Source: Eledone cirrhosa
Taxonomy: Eukaryota
DNA: 64,000 nucleotides
Reading direction: 5' to 3'
NCBI GenBank assembly: GCA_964016885.1
Contig: OZ024745.1
Span: forward strand, 123,566,001-123,630,000
This document shows, in pieces, positions 39,641 through 53,563 of this stretch (positions within the stretch are counted from its first letter, which is position 1; each line of letters opens with the position of its first letter). The notes below the pieces were generated by a model, which worked only from the letters and a program-made list of their open reading frames with translations, was not told the origin of the DNA and made no database searches. The position numbers and the translations under genes are program-made.

Positions 39641-40076
39641 AGACAATGTCACTGGACCGAGACCTTTGGCGGTACTCAGTAATAGAGAAGACCCGCCTTA
39701 CCTAAATACAAAGTAAAACCTACTACAGTCAGTAGGCATCTCTAACAAAATACACCCCCGTCCCACCCCATCCACGCCGCCCCCTTCTATGTAAAGTTAT
39801 GTTGGTGCCACACCATCCAGGCCGAAACAAATGAGATCGTGTAGGTGTCACGACAAAAAAACACAGTCCACGCTGTAATGTGGCCGTGTAGGCAACACGG
39901 TAAAAACCTCCCAGACCCACACTGTAAATGTGGTTGGTGTTAGGAAGGGCATCCAACTATAGAAAACCTGCCAGACAGTCCTATGCGAGCAAGACAATCA
40001 CTCTTGCCTCAAGTGGGAAAACTCCCGTCCAAACCCATGCAAGCGTGGAACACGGACGTTAAACGTTGATGATGAT
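39641..40076 (+). mobile_element. 3' end of a long-tailed RTE LINE
   Basis: Homologous to 32046-32457, 46580-47050 and 50330-50800. Confidence 0.85.
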
Positions 40077-40870
40077 ATATATAATCTCTATTCATCCATG
40101 GGCTCTGAACTTTTCATGGAGTTTTAAAAGTGCCATTGTGACATTTTAATCTTATGAAACCCATGCCTCACCATATCTGAACATAGCTATTTTTTTTCTA
40201 AAGAGAGTGAAGAAGAGTGTTAAAGACCCTGAACAGAAGATACTGAAAGGATGAAAGACAATGTTGAACTTGGCAGAATTTGAACTCAGTGTATAGAGAG
40301 GTAGAATGAATATTGCAAAGTATTCTATCCAATTTTCTAATGACTGCCAACTTACTGCCTATAGTCTATATATATAGAGCAATAATGCTATGTTCCTTGA
40401 TTGACCAGTGCTACAGTATAGTTTAATTACATTGGGTTGTGATATTATTTCTTTTCTATGTTCATAAATTGGATTTGTTTGATTTTCTTCTCTGTAACAT
40501 CTTTATTGCCACATTAATTTGGCTCTTGTAAGCTATTTACCTGTAAGGCTTAGGAAGATAATTGAACCATAGTATTCTTACATTGTAATAAAAGAGCGTA
40601 AAAATATGGATATGTTGAACTATTTCATATACAGCACTGTTTCATATACTTCATTTAGTAAATCAAACTAATAAGAGAGCCTCTCTGTGTTGCTTGCATC
40701 TGCTAGAAATAACGACCAACTCTTCCTCAAAGGACTTGCTAGCATCTTTAGAAAATATAGCTTTGGATAATCTAGTCTAGAAACAAAAGATTGGTTAGTG
40801 ATTGCTGAGGTTCGGTCCACTTGTTCAAGGTGAAAATAATGATAATTTCACTAAATTTTCTCCCTATTAG

Positions 40871-40933
40871 GACGGTACTCTATGTTTGATATATGCTGCA
40901 AAACATGGCAGTTGAAAGCAGAAAACCTGTCAG
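40871..40933 (+). CDS. Candidate internal exon of an unidentified host gene (63 bp)
   Basis: Pyrimidine tract ttttctccctattag| and CAG|gtttgg donor; open in phase 1 as (G)RYSMFDICCKTWQLKAENLS; no homology confirmed. Confidence 0.3.
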
Positions 40934-43900
40934 GTTTGGAGAAAAAAAGAAGAATTTATTATTTACTCATGTTATGTTATCATAAACTAAAATGCTGGTG
41001 CTGTTCTCTTGTTAAGAGGTTCTCTCTGCAGCATTTGGTGGCAGGTTTGGCCCACTTCATGGCACTTTGAATGAGTGTTTTCTACTATAGCTCTATGTTG
41101 ATCAATGTTTCTGAGTGAAATTTAATTAGGAACAACTATATAGGAGTGCAGTCTGTGTGTGCATGTGTTTGTTGTGTTTGTGTCTGAAAGATATATAGAT
41201 AGATAAGAAATTGTCAATAATTTGGTGTGTTGAGTTAAAGTAAACCTTGTGTTATTTATTTTGCCTGAGTTGCATAGTCAATCCCACGTGACTCTCACCA
41301 ATAGTAATTCAATAAACTTATAACTGTTAATACACTATTGTCCATTAATATGTCATGTGTGTGTGTGTGTATGTGTATGAATACAAACTGCATTAACCCT
41401 TTAGCATTTAAACTTGCCATATCTGGCCAAAATTCTCTCACCTCTTTTCTGTTGAAACCTGCTGTGTTCAGCCACTCATGCAAATGTTAAGGTACTCTTC
41501 TCAAAATAAATAATATCAAATCTCGTAGCTTCGATATTATGTGAGATAATTGTGTAAGGTAAAGCCTTTACTGTGAAAATATAGTAAATATAATGTAAAT
41601 GCTAAAGGGTTAAAGTATTTTAAAAGCGTATTTAATATTGATTATTTTATTTACAATACACAGTTGCATTAGTATATTTATTTATAACGTGAATTGTTGT
41701 TTTTTATAATTGTTTCTACTTTTGGCACAAGGCCAGCAATTACCCAGTGCATTACTGGTACTTTATTTTATCGACCCCGTAAGAATGAAAGGCAAAGTTA
41801 ACCTCAACGTAACTCTTTGCGTCAAAGCATGGCGTCCGACCCTCTACTGATACTGCCAATCCACCACCTTTATTTATAATGTGAATTGATAGGTGAAATG
41901 ATGCTGAGTAAAAATTGTGGAGAGGACACAGGAGAAATAGGGTGTGTAAAAAGTGTTTCATGAATCCTGGAATATGTGTACATCACAAATGGTAGGATCA
42001 GTAGAAAGAAGTATTAATATAATTCCTTGAGGTCAGAATGTGATCGCCCGTTTATATCAGGCTATAGAGGTTTGCTTGTTGATGATTGTAGCTCAGGGAC
42101 ATCCAAGGATTTTATTGTGAAAAGAGTTTACAGTGCAGATAACACATTACTTAACCACTTTATCCTATAAATGTAGCACACAACAGTGCAATGTTCCTTG
42201 ATTGAGCAGTAATATATCATCATCATACACTGATTTTCCATGCTGGTATGGGTTGGTCTGAGGCGCAATGAGTTGGACAACCACATCTTGCTCATATAGT
42301 TCATATTTTGGCTTAGTTTCTATGTCTGGGTTCTATTCCTAATGCCAACAATTTCACAGGATGTAAAGTATAGCTTATTTACTTTTGGATGTAATATTAT
42401 ATCCATTATGTGTTAATATACTGGAATTATTTGGCTTTCTTCTTCATGAAGTCTTTAGTGTCTTGGCTAAGCTTTTTACCTGCAGGGTTTAGGAAAAGAA
42501 AACCACTGATGATGGCAAAATATTTTATTAAAATTTGTTTCTTATATTTTAGTGGAAATTATTTGTATAAGGCTGTTATTTCTTTTCTTCTTTCATACAA
42601 ATATTGTCATCTGCACTTGATTTAATGCAAACTCTTTAAGTTCAAAGTCTAGACTAGGTGTTAAATGTAATCCGGATGAGGTGCACTTGTTGCTTTTGTA
42701 ACTATCAATTGAAAAGCGATAATCCTGGAGGATTGATAAATGTGATATACACAGTATTAAACTAATTGAAACTGAAGACAAAATTCTATGAACAGTTTAT
42801 TCAGGTTTACAATCTTTCCATTTATACTTTCTCATGCCCTGATCTACTGCTTCTGTAATTATTTTGATAATATAGACAACTCCTCTACCATGATTTGACA
42901 TAGCCATCAAAAACCTCCACATGCATAAGAGCACTTGGCATGTTTTAGACAGCTGCCATGTGAGAAAAAAACAAAAACAAAACAAACTACTGCTTAAATA
43001 GATATTGACAATGCTTTACAAAGTCAAGTGACAATCACATATTGAATTGACATGAAATTATATATCTTAATTTCCTTCCCAGCAGGGTATTCTTTTTTTA
43101 TTGTGAATAAAGTCCTTTGTTATTTATCAATCACTATTGTGTGACTGATTTTGGCAATTGAATCAGTTCTTTAGTCATATGTTTCCTGTGTTAGCTTTAT
43201 TTTCTGTCTGCCTATCACTATATCTTCCTTCCATTTATTGATTTTGTATCAACCAATTTATTTATTTGCTATAGATCCTTTTTTTTTTTTAGTCATAATA
43301 TTGCATGTATAAAATAGACACGAGCCTGCTGGGTTAATAAGATAATGTGAAATTTTCCATTTTTCATTTCTGCATTTAAAGTACTTACCTTGCCCCCCCC
43401 CCCCCCCACACACACACAGCACAATCACACCTGTACATATGTGTACCTATTCACAACCACTCTTAGATTTTGTATCTTAATTAGTTATTTGTCAGACAAG
43501 TATGATACAAATAAAAATAATTTGAGATGAGGTATGTGGATGCATGGGTGTGTGTGTGAGCGTGCATGCATGTGTGGGAGTGTGTGTGAGCGTGCATGCA
43601 TGTGTGGGAGTGTGTGTTTGTAAGTGTACAGTATTTATATTTTTTTATATAAATGTTAATGTCTGTGAATAGTAGTGGGGTGGTTAACCTCGCTGTATGC
43701 AAGAACTCCATCATAGTTTTCAAGCAATCACACACCCACATTCCCTTTCAGTTACAGAGAGCTACTACTAAAGGACCTAATCACCAGTCAGGTAACACAT
43801 CTCAGGGTTGCCATTTTCAATGTGGGCACATTGAAAGGTAGATATAGAGAAATTGTTGAGCTGTTTTCAATTTACATTACTCTATATTTACTATTGTATT

Positions 43901-44084
43901 TTCACATAATTATCTCACATAATATCGTATCTATGAGATTTTAATATTATTTATTTTGAGAACAATACCTTAAAGTCAGTATGAGGTGCTTGTTATGGCT
44001 GGTTTGAACAGAAAGAGGTGAGAGAATTCTGGCTGGATATGGCCTGTTTAAATGCTAAAGGCTTAATGCTGTGTACAAGAGGTG

Positions 44085-45640
44085 AGATGGAGAGGTGTCC
44101 CAGCAAGAATACTCACAGGCAAGCAACATAGATATAAGCTTGTCTGGATAGGAAATGATGATAGTGTAGGAGGAGCAGACATTCTACCAGATGAGAAGGG
44201 GATAAAAAATTGAAGTAGTTAAAGTAAGTGACAGAATTATCAAGCTCAAAATAGTCTTATGCCATAGAATGATAACAATTATCTCTAGCTATGCACCACA
44301 AGCAAGACTAGGTAAAGAACAAAAGAACCATTTCTATGATGAACTATAGACAACCTCAATTACATTTAACAAAGACCTCCCAGTCCTATATGGTGATCTC
44401 AATGAACATGTTGGGAAGTACCAAGTTGGATACAGTGATATATGTGGTGGCTATGGTTATAGAACAAGGAATGAAGACGGAGCAAGGCTCCTAGGATTCT
44501 GTGATGAGAATGAACTCACCATTTACACCACAAATATCAGGAAACCAGAAAACCACCTCATCACCTACCAATCAGGAAACCTTCTAGCCAAATCAATTTT
44601 TTTTTTAAAAAATCATTTTTTTTTTTTTCATTAGAAAACAGGATATGCATATGGTTATGAATGCTAAGTTCTGAATCATTAAACAGTGAGCTCATGTAAA
44701 CTCGGATGTTTTGGGGGAAAAAGTTTGAAATGACAATGGTGCATTAAACATCACTGATGCTCATAATAAAGAAGCCTGGAAATGTTATTACAAGTTGATG
44801 AAGGTGGAAAACTAGCGGAAGGGACAGTCTACTCCCAACTGACTCAACAGAAGGACCAGCTAACGGAATTGGCTATTATATGGTCAAAAAAGCAATTAAC
44901 CGTTTAACATTTACATTACTCTACTATTATATTTTTGTGGTAAAGGTTTTTTCTCATATTATTATCTCACACAATATTGAATCTAGAAGATTTTAATGAT
45001 GTTTTTATTAATTTTGAGAACAATACCTTAATATCAGTATGAGTGGCTGGTTATGGCTGGTTTTTGAACAGAAAGAGGTGAGAGAATTCTGACCAGATAT
45101 GGTCGGTTAAGGAGATTAAAAAAAAAAGTAAAGTGACCAGTCTGTCAGACATAGTCACTGAGATACTGAAATCTGTGAAGGTGAGAGTAGGTAATGAGTT
45201 TAGTGAAGAATCCAGTCTGTATGAAGGTGTTCATTAGGGCTCAGTCATCAATCCACCTTTGTTGATTATAGTTCTCCAGGCCATAACAGAGGAGTGTAAG
45301 ATTGGCTGTCTTTGGCTACTTTTGTGTGTTACTGACCTGGCTCTCACAGTCAGACCATAGGAAGAGCTAGAGAAGTGATTCCAACTCTGGAAATGGAACT
45401 TAGTCAAACGAGCAGCTTAGTGTAAACATTGTAAAAATGAAAGTTATATTAAGCAGGAATGGAAGGTAGGGCTTTGATCCCATCAGAGAAGCAGTTTTGC
45501 TCGATATGCAGAAAAAGACTAGAGAGAAACTCTATATGCTGTACACAACATAAATCTTGGGTATGCAAGAGGTGTAATGGGATAGCTGGCAGACAAACAG
45601 AAAAGGTAAACTTTGTATGTGGTAGATGCAATGGAGTACA
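44085..45640 (+). mobile_element. Degenerate RTE LINE: APE endonuclease, RT and PHD-like finger, interrupted by a MITE
   Basis: SYAPQ, GDLNEHVG, RNEDGARLLGFC, HLITYQSG; VKKAIKEIKK; GVH*GSVINP; CSIC...C..HKSWVCKRC...FVCGRC. Confidence 0.85.
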
Positions 45641-46451
45641 CACAGACACAGTCACACACTTTTTCTCTTTTAGATGTATTTTCCTATATGGTGTCCCAGC
45701 ATGGCCAGTCATTGAGCTGAGATAGGCAAAAAAAAAAAAAAATAACAGTAACACTAAGTTCTTTTTTCTTTAGCTCTTTTAGAGAAGGGCATTAGTTATC
45801 AGCCTTTGCGGAAGCTATAATGTATATAAATAACTATATTCAATTTATATTTTTGAGCAGTCAGTGAATAATGAATTTTATATGGGAAACTTTTGTCGAT
45901 TAAACTATATGAGTAAGACAAGCAAAGACCATATGGATTGTCTAGAAATATAGCAAGCCTGTTGTAGGGAAACTTTGAAACCACTGATAATATACCCACA
46001 GGCCTAGTATTTTACTCACATTCATCCTTCTCTGTTTCCAGAAGTGTGAGTGTTTATTACTCGGCTCTAAAATGCTCAAAATTTCATGTTTTATTTTATT
46101 TTTTTTCATCTGTTTGATTGAGAATGATCAAAGGTGTTCAGCTTTAATCATCCTTTCATCCCTATTTCCCAGGCAATGGGCATTATCCACTGTATCTTTT
46201 TCTTCAGTTGTGATTTGTGAGAGAATTGTTTGCTCCTTTTAGCAGGTTGAAATACCATATCATGTAGAGGTTTTCTCGTTGGTATGGAGATTGTAACTCT
46301 ATATTGATATGGAGAGAGTAGAGAAGAGATATATTATTCATTGAAAGCTTGGTTATTTAAGCAACACTTAATCATTTTAAGGAGAATTTGTAGGGAATAT
46401 GTTATAAAATTGTGTAGCTTATGTGCATTCATAGCGATTCTGATTTCAACT

Positions 46452-47050
46452 AAAAGACGACAGCTGTATAAAAAAGTGCAGGGCGATCAAAATTGATGGT
46501 AGTTACGGAGTAGGTAGACCCAGAAAAACCTGGGATGATCTGATAAATTCCGACCTTACACACTTGCACCTCTCTAAGACAATGTCACTGGACCAAGATC
46601 TTTGGCACTACGCAGTAATACAGAAGACCCGTGTTGCCTATGTACAAAGCAAAACCTACAGTCAGTAGGCACCTCTTAACCAAATATATACTCCTACCCT
46701 ATCCTCCCACTCCCACCAACACCACCCTCTCTCTGTGAAGTTGGTACCACAACATCCAGTTCAAATAAATGAGATAATGAGATCGAGATCGTGTAGGTGT
46801 CACGGCAAAAAAAAAAAACACACAGTCCACGCTGTAATGTGGCCGTGTAGGTAACACCGTAAAAAGTTCCCAGTTCCACACTGTAAATGTGGTTGGTGTT
46901 AGGAAGGGCATCCAGCCTTAGAAAACCTGCTAGATAGTCCTATATGAGCGAGACATGGTCACCCGACCAACCTTGCCTCAAGTGGGACAACTCCCGTCTA
47001 ACCCATGCTAGCGTGGAAGATGGACGTTAAACGAAGATGATGATGATGAT
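46452..47050 (+). mobile_element. 3' end of a long-tailed RTE LINE
   Basis: Near identical to 50205-50800; GRPRKTW codons, UTR, (GAT)n. Confidence 0.9.
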
Positions 47051-48046
47051 GAATAAAAGGATTCGGAGAGGCTCTAAAATATAAGACTGAGAAATTGCTT
47101 GATGGAAGGCAGTGATACATCCAATCTAGCAAGTTGATACAAGTTACTGTTTAGCTCAAACTCAGCACTTGTACTGAATTAACCCACTTGATACTAAGTC
47201 ACCTATAGTTCTACTATACAACGCTGTTTATTTTAAAGTATTTATATTTATCCAAAAACATTCTATCGTAATTCTATACAAGAACATTTAAGTTATTCCC
47301 CCAAACACCTGTTTAATAATGATGAAGTTGTATTACTAAATCTTTTGAAATATTTCATTATATTCAGAATCATTTAAAAATTGTAGACAGTGTATTTCAT
47401 TAGAAATATGGTCAGAAAATGGTTAAAGTTGTTCGAGCGATTATCATTCTTTGTTTTTGTATGTAGGCTTACATCATCCTATGTATCCTTTTAAAAAAAG
47501 ATGATATGTAAAATGATGGAATTTTGCTACTGTTATTTCTACTAGACTAAGGGTCAGTACAGAGAGGTTCCGCCATTAACCTTCTCTTCACCATATTTCA
47601 AATGAAATTCTCTGCATTTGAATTAAATAATGAAGAATTTGGAAAGATTTTCTAAAGTCATTTATTATTTCATTACTTAGATGGTATATGGCAATGAATT
47701 GGTAAAGTTATAATGTCAGATAGAATGCTTTGTGGTATTTGTTTCAGTTGTCTATTCTCTCAGTTCTGCTGAGGTCAACTTTGCTTTTCGTCTCTTTCTC
47801 ATTTCCTTTCTCTGACTTTTTATCCATCTCTTAACGAAATCTGCTGCATTCAGACCTAGAGATGGATGGGCTCTGCCACGCTTAAAATGCCATAGAAATG
47901 CCATATGCCACTATGGCATCCACTTGACTGCATCATGTGTTACAGGACCATGCATGCATAATAAGATGGTATTTTTAACATAATTTACTAAAATGGTTTT
48001 TATGTTCAATTATGGAAGCTTTTGATTTCATTGAAAACCATTTAAC

Positions 48047-48153
48047 CTTCAGCACGCTGCCAGTGACAAATTGCGACAAGAGAGTAATCTCCCCTTAATG
48101 CATGATGCAGTATCAAGGGAAGCAATTCATGAAAAAATTCAGTGTCCTAAAGA
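48047..48153. mobile_element. Mini TTAA MITE family 3
   Basis: TTAA-ccttcagcacgct ... agtgtcctaaaga-TTAA; related in inverse orientation to 55826-55920. Confidence 0.55.
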
Positions 48154-48609
48154 TTAAACTGGTTTCATATAATCAGAGGCAGTTTGAAGTAGGTTGGTAT
48201 CAAAAGGGGGCTGACTGGTATTTGTTGTAGTCATGTGCGAACATTTTAATCCTTTTTTCTGGTTTATAGATTCTTGTTAATTAGACGGACTAATATGTTG
48301 TTTATCAATAAGTTTAAATATGAATACTTACTTTCAAGACATTAGATTATATTAATAAGTCTACAACCTTTTTTTTTTCTGAGAGAATTCAAGCTTTTTT
48401 ATAATATTATGTTTTGTATGAAGCAATTCAGCTATTACATGGGTTGAATTGACACCTTACTTACAAAGAAAATAAATTGAAAAATTTGAATTAAAACAAT
48501 TTTAAAAATTAATAAATTGAATACTTAAAAAACATTTTTTTTCTTTTCAACAAAAATCATATATCATCTCGATCGTTTAACACCCAGTTTTCTTGCTAGC
48601 ATTACACTA

Positions 48610-48649
<40 letters not shown>

Positions 48650-49713
48650 ACAGCAAATGAAACTTTCTGAATAATGTCAGTGAGTTTATAAATTCTTAAA
48701 TATTTTATATAATGATTACTTATTGATTTTTATAAATGTTTCCATTTTTCTACCATTATTGTTTATCTTATTTTAACAGTTTTACTGTTTATGAACGGGT
48801 TTTAGATTGATGTATATGTGACAAATATTTCAGGTAATTGTTTGTATTATTCCTTAGGTAAATCCAATTGGAAGGAATGTATGATTATTATTCCTGGCAT
48901 GAGCTCAATATTTATATCCTCTTATGCTCAGTTGAAATCTAAGCCTTCTGTCTACACAACATATCTTACCATTTTCATAATAAACACTTTACCACAATTG
49001 ATACCTAACTGCCTGAAACTGCTCCTGGTTCTACCATACCAAATTGTTTCTCTTAAAAGATTTTGTATTTATCTTTGTTTAACCCTTTAGCATTTATCTT
49101 TGTTTAACCCTTTAGCATTTACATTACTCTATATTTAGTATTGTATTTTTGCAGTAAGAGCTTTACCTCACATAATTATCTCAAATAATGTTGAATCTAT
49201 GAGATTTTGATTTTATTTATTTTGAGAACAATACCTTAACATCAGTATGAGTTGCTAGTTACAGCTGGTTTGAATAGAAAGAGGTGAGAGAATTCTAGCC
49301 AGATACAGCTGATTTAAATGCTAAAGGGTTAATTATTTGTTTAATTATTCTCCAAACATCAGCTTAATAATGAGAAAGTTATTTTACTAACTCCCTCTAA
49401 ATCCCTGATTATTTTCAAAAGTAAACAAAAATTGTAGGCATTGTTTTCAATAGAAATATGGAAATGAAAGTCTTAATGTTTTATGTGAGGACAGTAAACA
49501 AAACTCAATTTAATACAAGTATGTGTGTATATGTAGTTAGGTGGGTTGTATCTGCTTGTGTATTTGTGAGAGTAGATATGTTTGTATACTAGATTGGACC
49601 TGAATAATGCAATGGCTCTTTGGTATTACTTCAGATTGATATATGGATAACTCTTTACTCTCTATGATACTGTGGAACTAAATTGCAAATATATTTTTTC
49701 TGTTTTCATATCT

Positions 49714-50800
49714 AAGAACGTAGATTTTATATGTGGCCGATGCTCAGGTGCAATAAGTAGCAAGTGCCCACAGGATACTAGCTCCTTCTATTGCCCAGAT
49801 GGTTCTATAGAAATAGTGAACACTTTCCGTTACCTGAGTGACAAAATCAGTAGTGGTGGAGGGTGCTCTGAAAGTACAGTAGCCAGAGTCAGAACGGGAT
49901 GGAAAAAGTTCAGAGAGCTTATACCGTTGTTGGCCACTAAAGATTTCTCTCTAAAAATGAAAGGCAGACTGTATGGGGCCTGTATATGAACAGCAATGCT
50001 ACATGGCACTGAGACATGGGCATTGCATGCAGAGGACCTGCGCAGACTAGAAAGGAATGAAGCATGCATGCTCCATTGGATGTGTAATAGTAATATATGT
50101 GAGCGGCAAAGCATAAATGGACTAAGTGAGAAATTAGGAATAAGAGGGACAGACGCTGTTTACTCGAGAGAAGACTACGTTAGTATGGTCACGTGATGCG
50201 CATGAAAGATGACAGCTGTATAAAAAAGTGCAGGGCGATCAAAATTGATGGTAGTTACGGAGTAGGTAGACCCAGAAAAACCTGGGACGATTTGATAAAT
50301 TCCGACCTTACACACTTGCACCTCTATAAGACAATATCACTGGACCGAGATCTTTGGTGCTACGAAGTAATACAGAAGACCTGCCTTGCTTATGTACAAA
50401 GCGAAACCTACAGTCAGTAGGCACCTCTTAACCAAATATACACCACAATCCACTACCCCTACTCTATCCTCCCACTCCCACCACCCTCTCTCTGTAAAGT
50501 TGGTACCGTAGCTTTCAGTCCAAATAAATGAGATAATGAGATCGAGATCGCGTAGGTGTCACAAAAAAAAAAAAAAAATCAACGCTGTAATGTGGCCGTG
50601 TAGGTAAGATGTTAAAAAGTTCCCAGTCCACACTTTAAATGTGGTTGGTATTAGGAAGGGAATCCAGCCATAGAAAACCTGCCAGATAGTCCTATATGAG
50701 CGAGACATGGTCACCCGACCAACCTTGCCTCAAGTGGGACAACTCCCGTCTAACCCATGCTAGCGTGGAAGATAGACGTTAATCGAAGATGAGATGATGA
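49714..50800 (+). mobile_element. RTE LINE 3' third with long 3' UTR
   Basis: FICGRC, FRYLSD..SSGGG, ARVRTGWKKFREL, KGRLYGAC, MLHGTETW, GRPRKTW; stops and frameshifts. Confidence 0.9.
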
Positions 50801-51135
50801 TCATTTTTCATCATTTTACGCCCGCTTTTCCCTGCTTGCATGGGTGGGACGGGAACTGATTCTGGCTTGATTTCTACAGCTGGATGCCCTTCCTAACACC
50901 AACCTCATTTAGAGTGAGTGTTGGGTGCTTTTTTGCCGTGGCACCTCCACGACCACTTTGCAGTGGAATGATAGGGACCCCAGTCCCTGTCATCTCATTT
51001 CTACAGCTGAGTAAACTGGAACAATGTGAAATAAAATGTCTTGCTCAAGGAAACAACACATCACCCGGTCTGACAATTGAACTCATAACCTTTTGATTGC
51101 AAGGCCAATACTCTAACCAGTAAGCCATGTGCCTC
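50801..51135 (-). mobile_element. SINE family B full copy, tail-to-tail with the LINE
   Basis: Reverse complement of the 19495-19837 family. Confidence 0.9.
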
Positions 51136-52214
51136 ATGTTGTAAAAAAATTATGAATTCTATATCAACAATGGACAAAAACATTGAAGCACTTGAAAACA
51201 TTGATAAGAAGAATTCTACAAATTCATAATAATTTGTAGCATGAAATGTAAGGAATTAAAATGGGGTAGCTGAAAATATCTCCTCTCTTGATTCTATAAC
51301 AGGAACCTTAAGTGTTGTACATGTGCAATGGATTTGAATGCTGAAAACTTCTAAAATATATTAAAAATGGTAGCTGAAATAGTAATAAATCACAGAAAGG
51401 TTACTGGTAACTGAGAAATTTAGTCTTAAGCGATGAAATCCGTAACTACAGAGCAGATTGTTTTGATAGCTCTAAACCCATGTGAGATGGAGATAATTGA
51501 AAAATCTCACCTTTTGCCTTGTGTACTACTCTTGTTGCATACTGGTGACAAACTGCAAATGGCTTGAAACAACATTGTTGACTTATCATGTAACTTTAGA
51601 AATCTCTATCAATGAGTTAACCCAGTTTAACCAATATGTAAGTAGTGTCACTTTGAAAACCATTCTTTTAGAATTTTTCTTGATACAGGTACAAATTCTG
51701 TCTGATATGTTGGGTATGAAATCCAAGGTTTTCAAAATTGTGTATTTATCTTAGGTATTTATTCAAATACTTTGTTTGCTAATAATTGTAAGTTAACGTT
51801 GTAAACTTAGATAAGGGCATTGGATTGGCAGTATAGGTAGAGCACTTGACACCATGCTTCGCAGTATAGAGTTACGGCCCTTTATATTCTGAGTTCAAAT
51901 CCCACCGAGGTTAGCTTTGCCTTTCATCCTTACAGGGTCGATAAATAAAGCACCAGTAATACGCTGGGGGTGGATTTAATCAACTTTCCCCCTCACCTTC
52001 AAATTACTAGCCTTGCACCTATTTTTTTGCTTCATTTAAATATTACCTTTCTGATAAGAAAAAATATGAAGCAAAAAAAAAAAAAAGGAAAAGAATGAAG
52101 CAATGAAGGAAAGGGAAGGCGGGAGAGATTCTACACCCCAGTCTGGATGATGATATGGCCATACTCTACAGACAGAATGGTGACGGATGGGATGGCTGGG
52201 AAGGCTGTAAGTCT

Positions 52215-52480
52215 AAAGTCTGTCTAAAGCCAGAAGGCTCATTTTGGCCGGTGCTTATCCCGGTTTCATGGTGTGAAACGACTGAGAGTACAAGACTCCC
52301 CCCTTGGACAGGATGCCAGTCCATCGTAGGATTAAACCTCCAGCTATTGCTGGTACTCATTTTCAGCTGAGTAAACTGGAGCAACGTGAAATAAAGTCAA
52401 GGAAACAACACATCACACGGTCCGAGAATTGAACTCACAACCTTTCAATTGCAAGCCTACTGCTCTAACCACTAAGCCTT
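52215..52480 (-). mobile_element. SINE family B with tail type 2
   Basis: Head as at 19495, tail as at 7650-7770. Confidence 0.8.
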
Positions 52481-53519
52481 CACAAATTAATGTAATATAA
52501 AGAAAAGCAGATATATATTTAGTTTAATGTATTATTTAAAGATATACATTTTTAAAATAATTATAGAGATCATTGAAAACGCCAGGGGAAGATATATAAA
52601 TAAAAGGAAATAGTTGAAAGTGATCAACTAAGAGAACACTGTATATGGAAGAGCAAGATGGAGTGCGCGAGGGGAGAGTGTGAGTGAATTAAAACAAAAC
52701 AAGATTGAAATAAAAGGTATAATTAAGTTACAGAAACAATAGTTGGTGCATGCGTGCGTGTCTATGCGTATGTGTGCATATCTATGCATGTATGTTTATA
52801 TGTGTAGGGGATATTTATGTGTTAAAAAGTTCAAGTAATAAAAAATTTGTTTGGAATGTTCTCTAGGCAATCTATATATAAATTTCTGCAATTCTGTCAC
52901 AAAACGTAAAGAGAGAGGAGTAGTTTGACTACCTCCTACTACTCCTTTTTCTTTACGTCTGCTGCCTGTGTGAATGTATGTGTGTGTAAAAGGAAAGAAA
53001 TGGCATTGTGAAAAATTCATGCTGTGTGAGTGCATGTGTGTGTAAATGTGTGTGTGTGAGTGTGAATGTATGTGTGTGAGTATTTTTGTAAGTGTGTCTG
53101 TATTTGCGTGTTTATATTTATATACTCATATATTATAAATATATGCATATGCACATGCACATACACACATGCTCACATGTTGAAAAAATTTCCAGTGCAT
53201 GAATGAAACTCATGATAATATAATAAATGTAGAAAAACAGAGTTTCCTTCTGAAATAATCAAAGGGTGTTCACTCTACTTAACTGAAACATTTAGAAACA
53301 GCTAAATACAAAATTTGAATTTTTCAGAGAATGCCTACATATGCAATGCCACTTCTGATCGAACCTATATATGAAGTCTGATTGTATACAGTTATATAAC
53401 TGCTATAGATCAGACACTATTTCAATATGATCAACCCTCCGAAACAATCGTAAAACAATGATATGAATAGGTAAAATAACTTGACTTTGTTGTTGTTATT
53501 TTCATTGTTAAATAAATAC

Positions 53520-53561
<42 letters not shown>

Positions 53562-53563
53562 TA

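Noticed and set aside
48805-48832. Micro-exon candidate IDVYVTNIS, and another at ~56947-56995
   Set aside because: One splice site is weak in each and there is no supporting homology; such matches are expected by chance in AT-rich DNA
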